Shown here one piece after another: positions 63,581 to 64,000 of a DNA stretch of 64,000 nt (its first letter is position 1; every line of letters starts with the position of its first letter). Made by a program: the position numbers and the translations under genes. The notes below the pieces were generated by a model. The model saw only the letters and a list, made by a program, of their open reading frames with translations, ran no database searches and was not told where the DNA came from. This DNA is from Raillietiella orientalis. Its lineage: Eukaryota. The DNA is taken from contig JAYWIR010000031.1 in the NCBI GenBank assembly GCA_036172245.1, positions 186,001 through 250,000 of the forward strand. Reading direction: 5' to 3'.

Positions 63581-64000
63581 GCGGATCTGAGACGGCAGTA
63601 CCACTTTTAACGCTTTCTACTTCGACGACGAGCAAAGCTCAACCCAAGGTCCCTATGCAGACGCAAAGAATTCCAGGAGTCAGCAACTCGTACAGGAATA
63701 GAAGGACACAAGTAAGAAATCCTTCCAAGTCCTCCAGAGAATAAGAGTCGCAAGTTCTTGTGCTTTAAAGGCGCAAGAACCCTCGACTGCTGTGACTCTT
63801 CCATAAATTTTCGCCCTATCTCTCGAATTCCAGTATTATTTCCGTCGTGGGAACTTTCCACCCTCTTATTTCCAGCTCTCTTACTGGCATTTTGGGGTCT
63901 ACCATTTTAATCTGCGTAATTTTGCAATATTTTAAAAGAAGAAGAGAAGGAGGAGGGGGGAAAAAAATAAATAAACCTTTCAACACGCTTTCCTTCACTT

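Noticed and set aside
1..64000. CRISPR arrays, rRNA, prokaryotic operons, intact LTR pairs
   Set aside because: None seen; the sequence is spliced eukaryotic DNA and no long direct repeats were detectable by eye.

Overview
Eukaryotic (metazoan, short-intron invertebrate; TTTCAG-type acceptors and 46-nt introns are nematode-like, but taxon is not determinable here) genomic DNA. Three spliced host genes can be reconstructed by hand: a REEP1-4/HVA22-family gene (minus, ~1.07-4.15 kb), an ADISSP/C20orf27 homolog (plus, 13.9-15.35 kb) and a PP1 glycogen-targeting subunit with RVxF motif and CBM21 domain (PPP1R3 type, plus, 27.57-28.62 kb). The PPP1R3 gene has a perfect carbohydrate-response element (CACGTG-N5-CACGTG) 330 bp upstream of its ATG and a second consensus ChoRE further upstream. 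Much of the remaining DNA, including most of the apparently meaningless GC-rich ORFs, reads as about 28 heavily decayed Ty3/gypsy pol relics, recognised by eye from collinear protease/RT/RNase H/integrase motifs. About 23 are on + and 5 on -, and none is intact. Base composition switches from AT-rich (~30% GC) to a ~35-kb very GC-rich domain (~70% GC; ~20.4-56 kb); relics of the same class lie in both compartments and one relic straddles the boundary. All TE calls are manual motif readings, not HMM results, and their boundaries are approximate.
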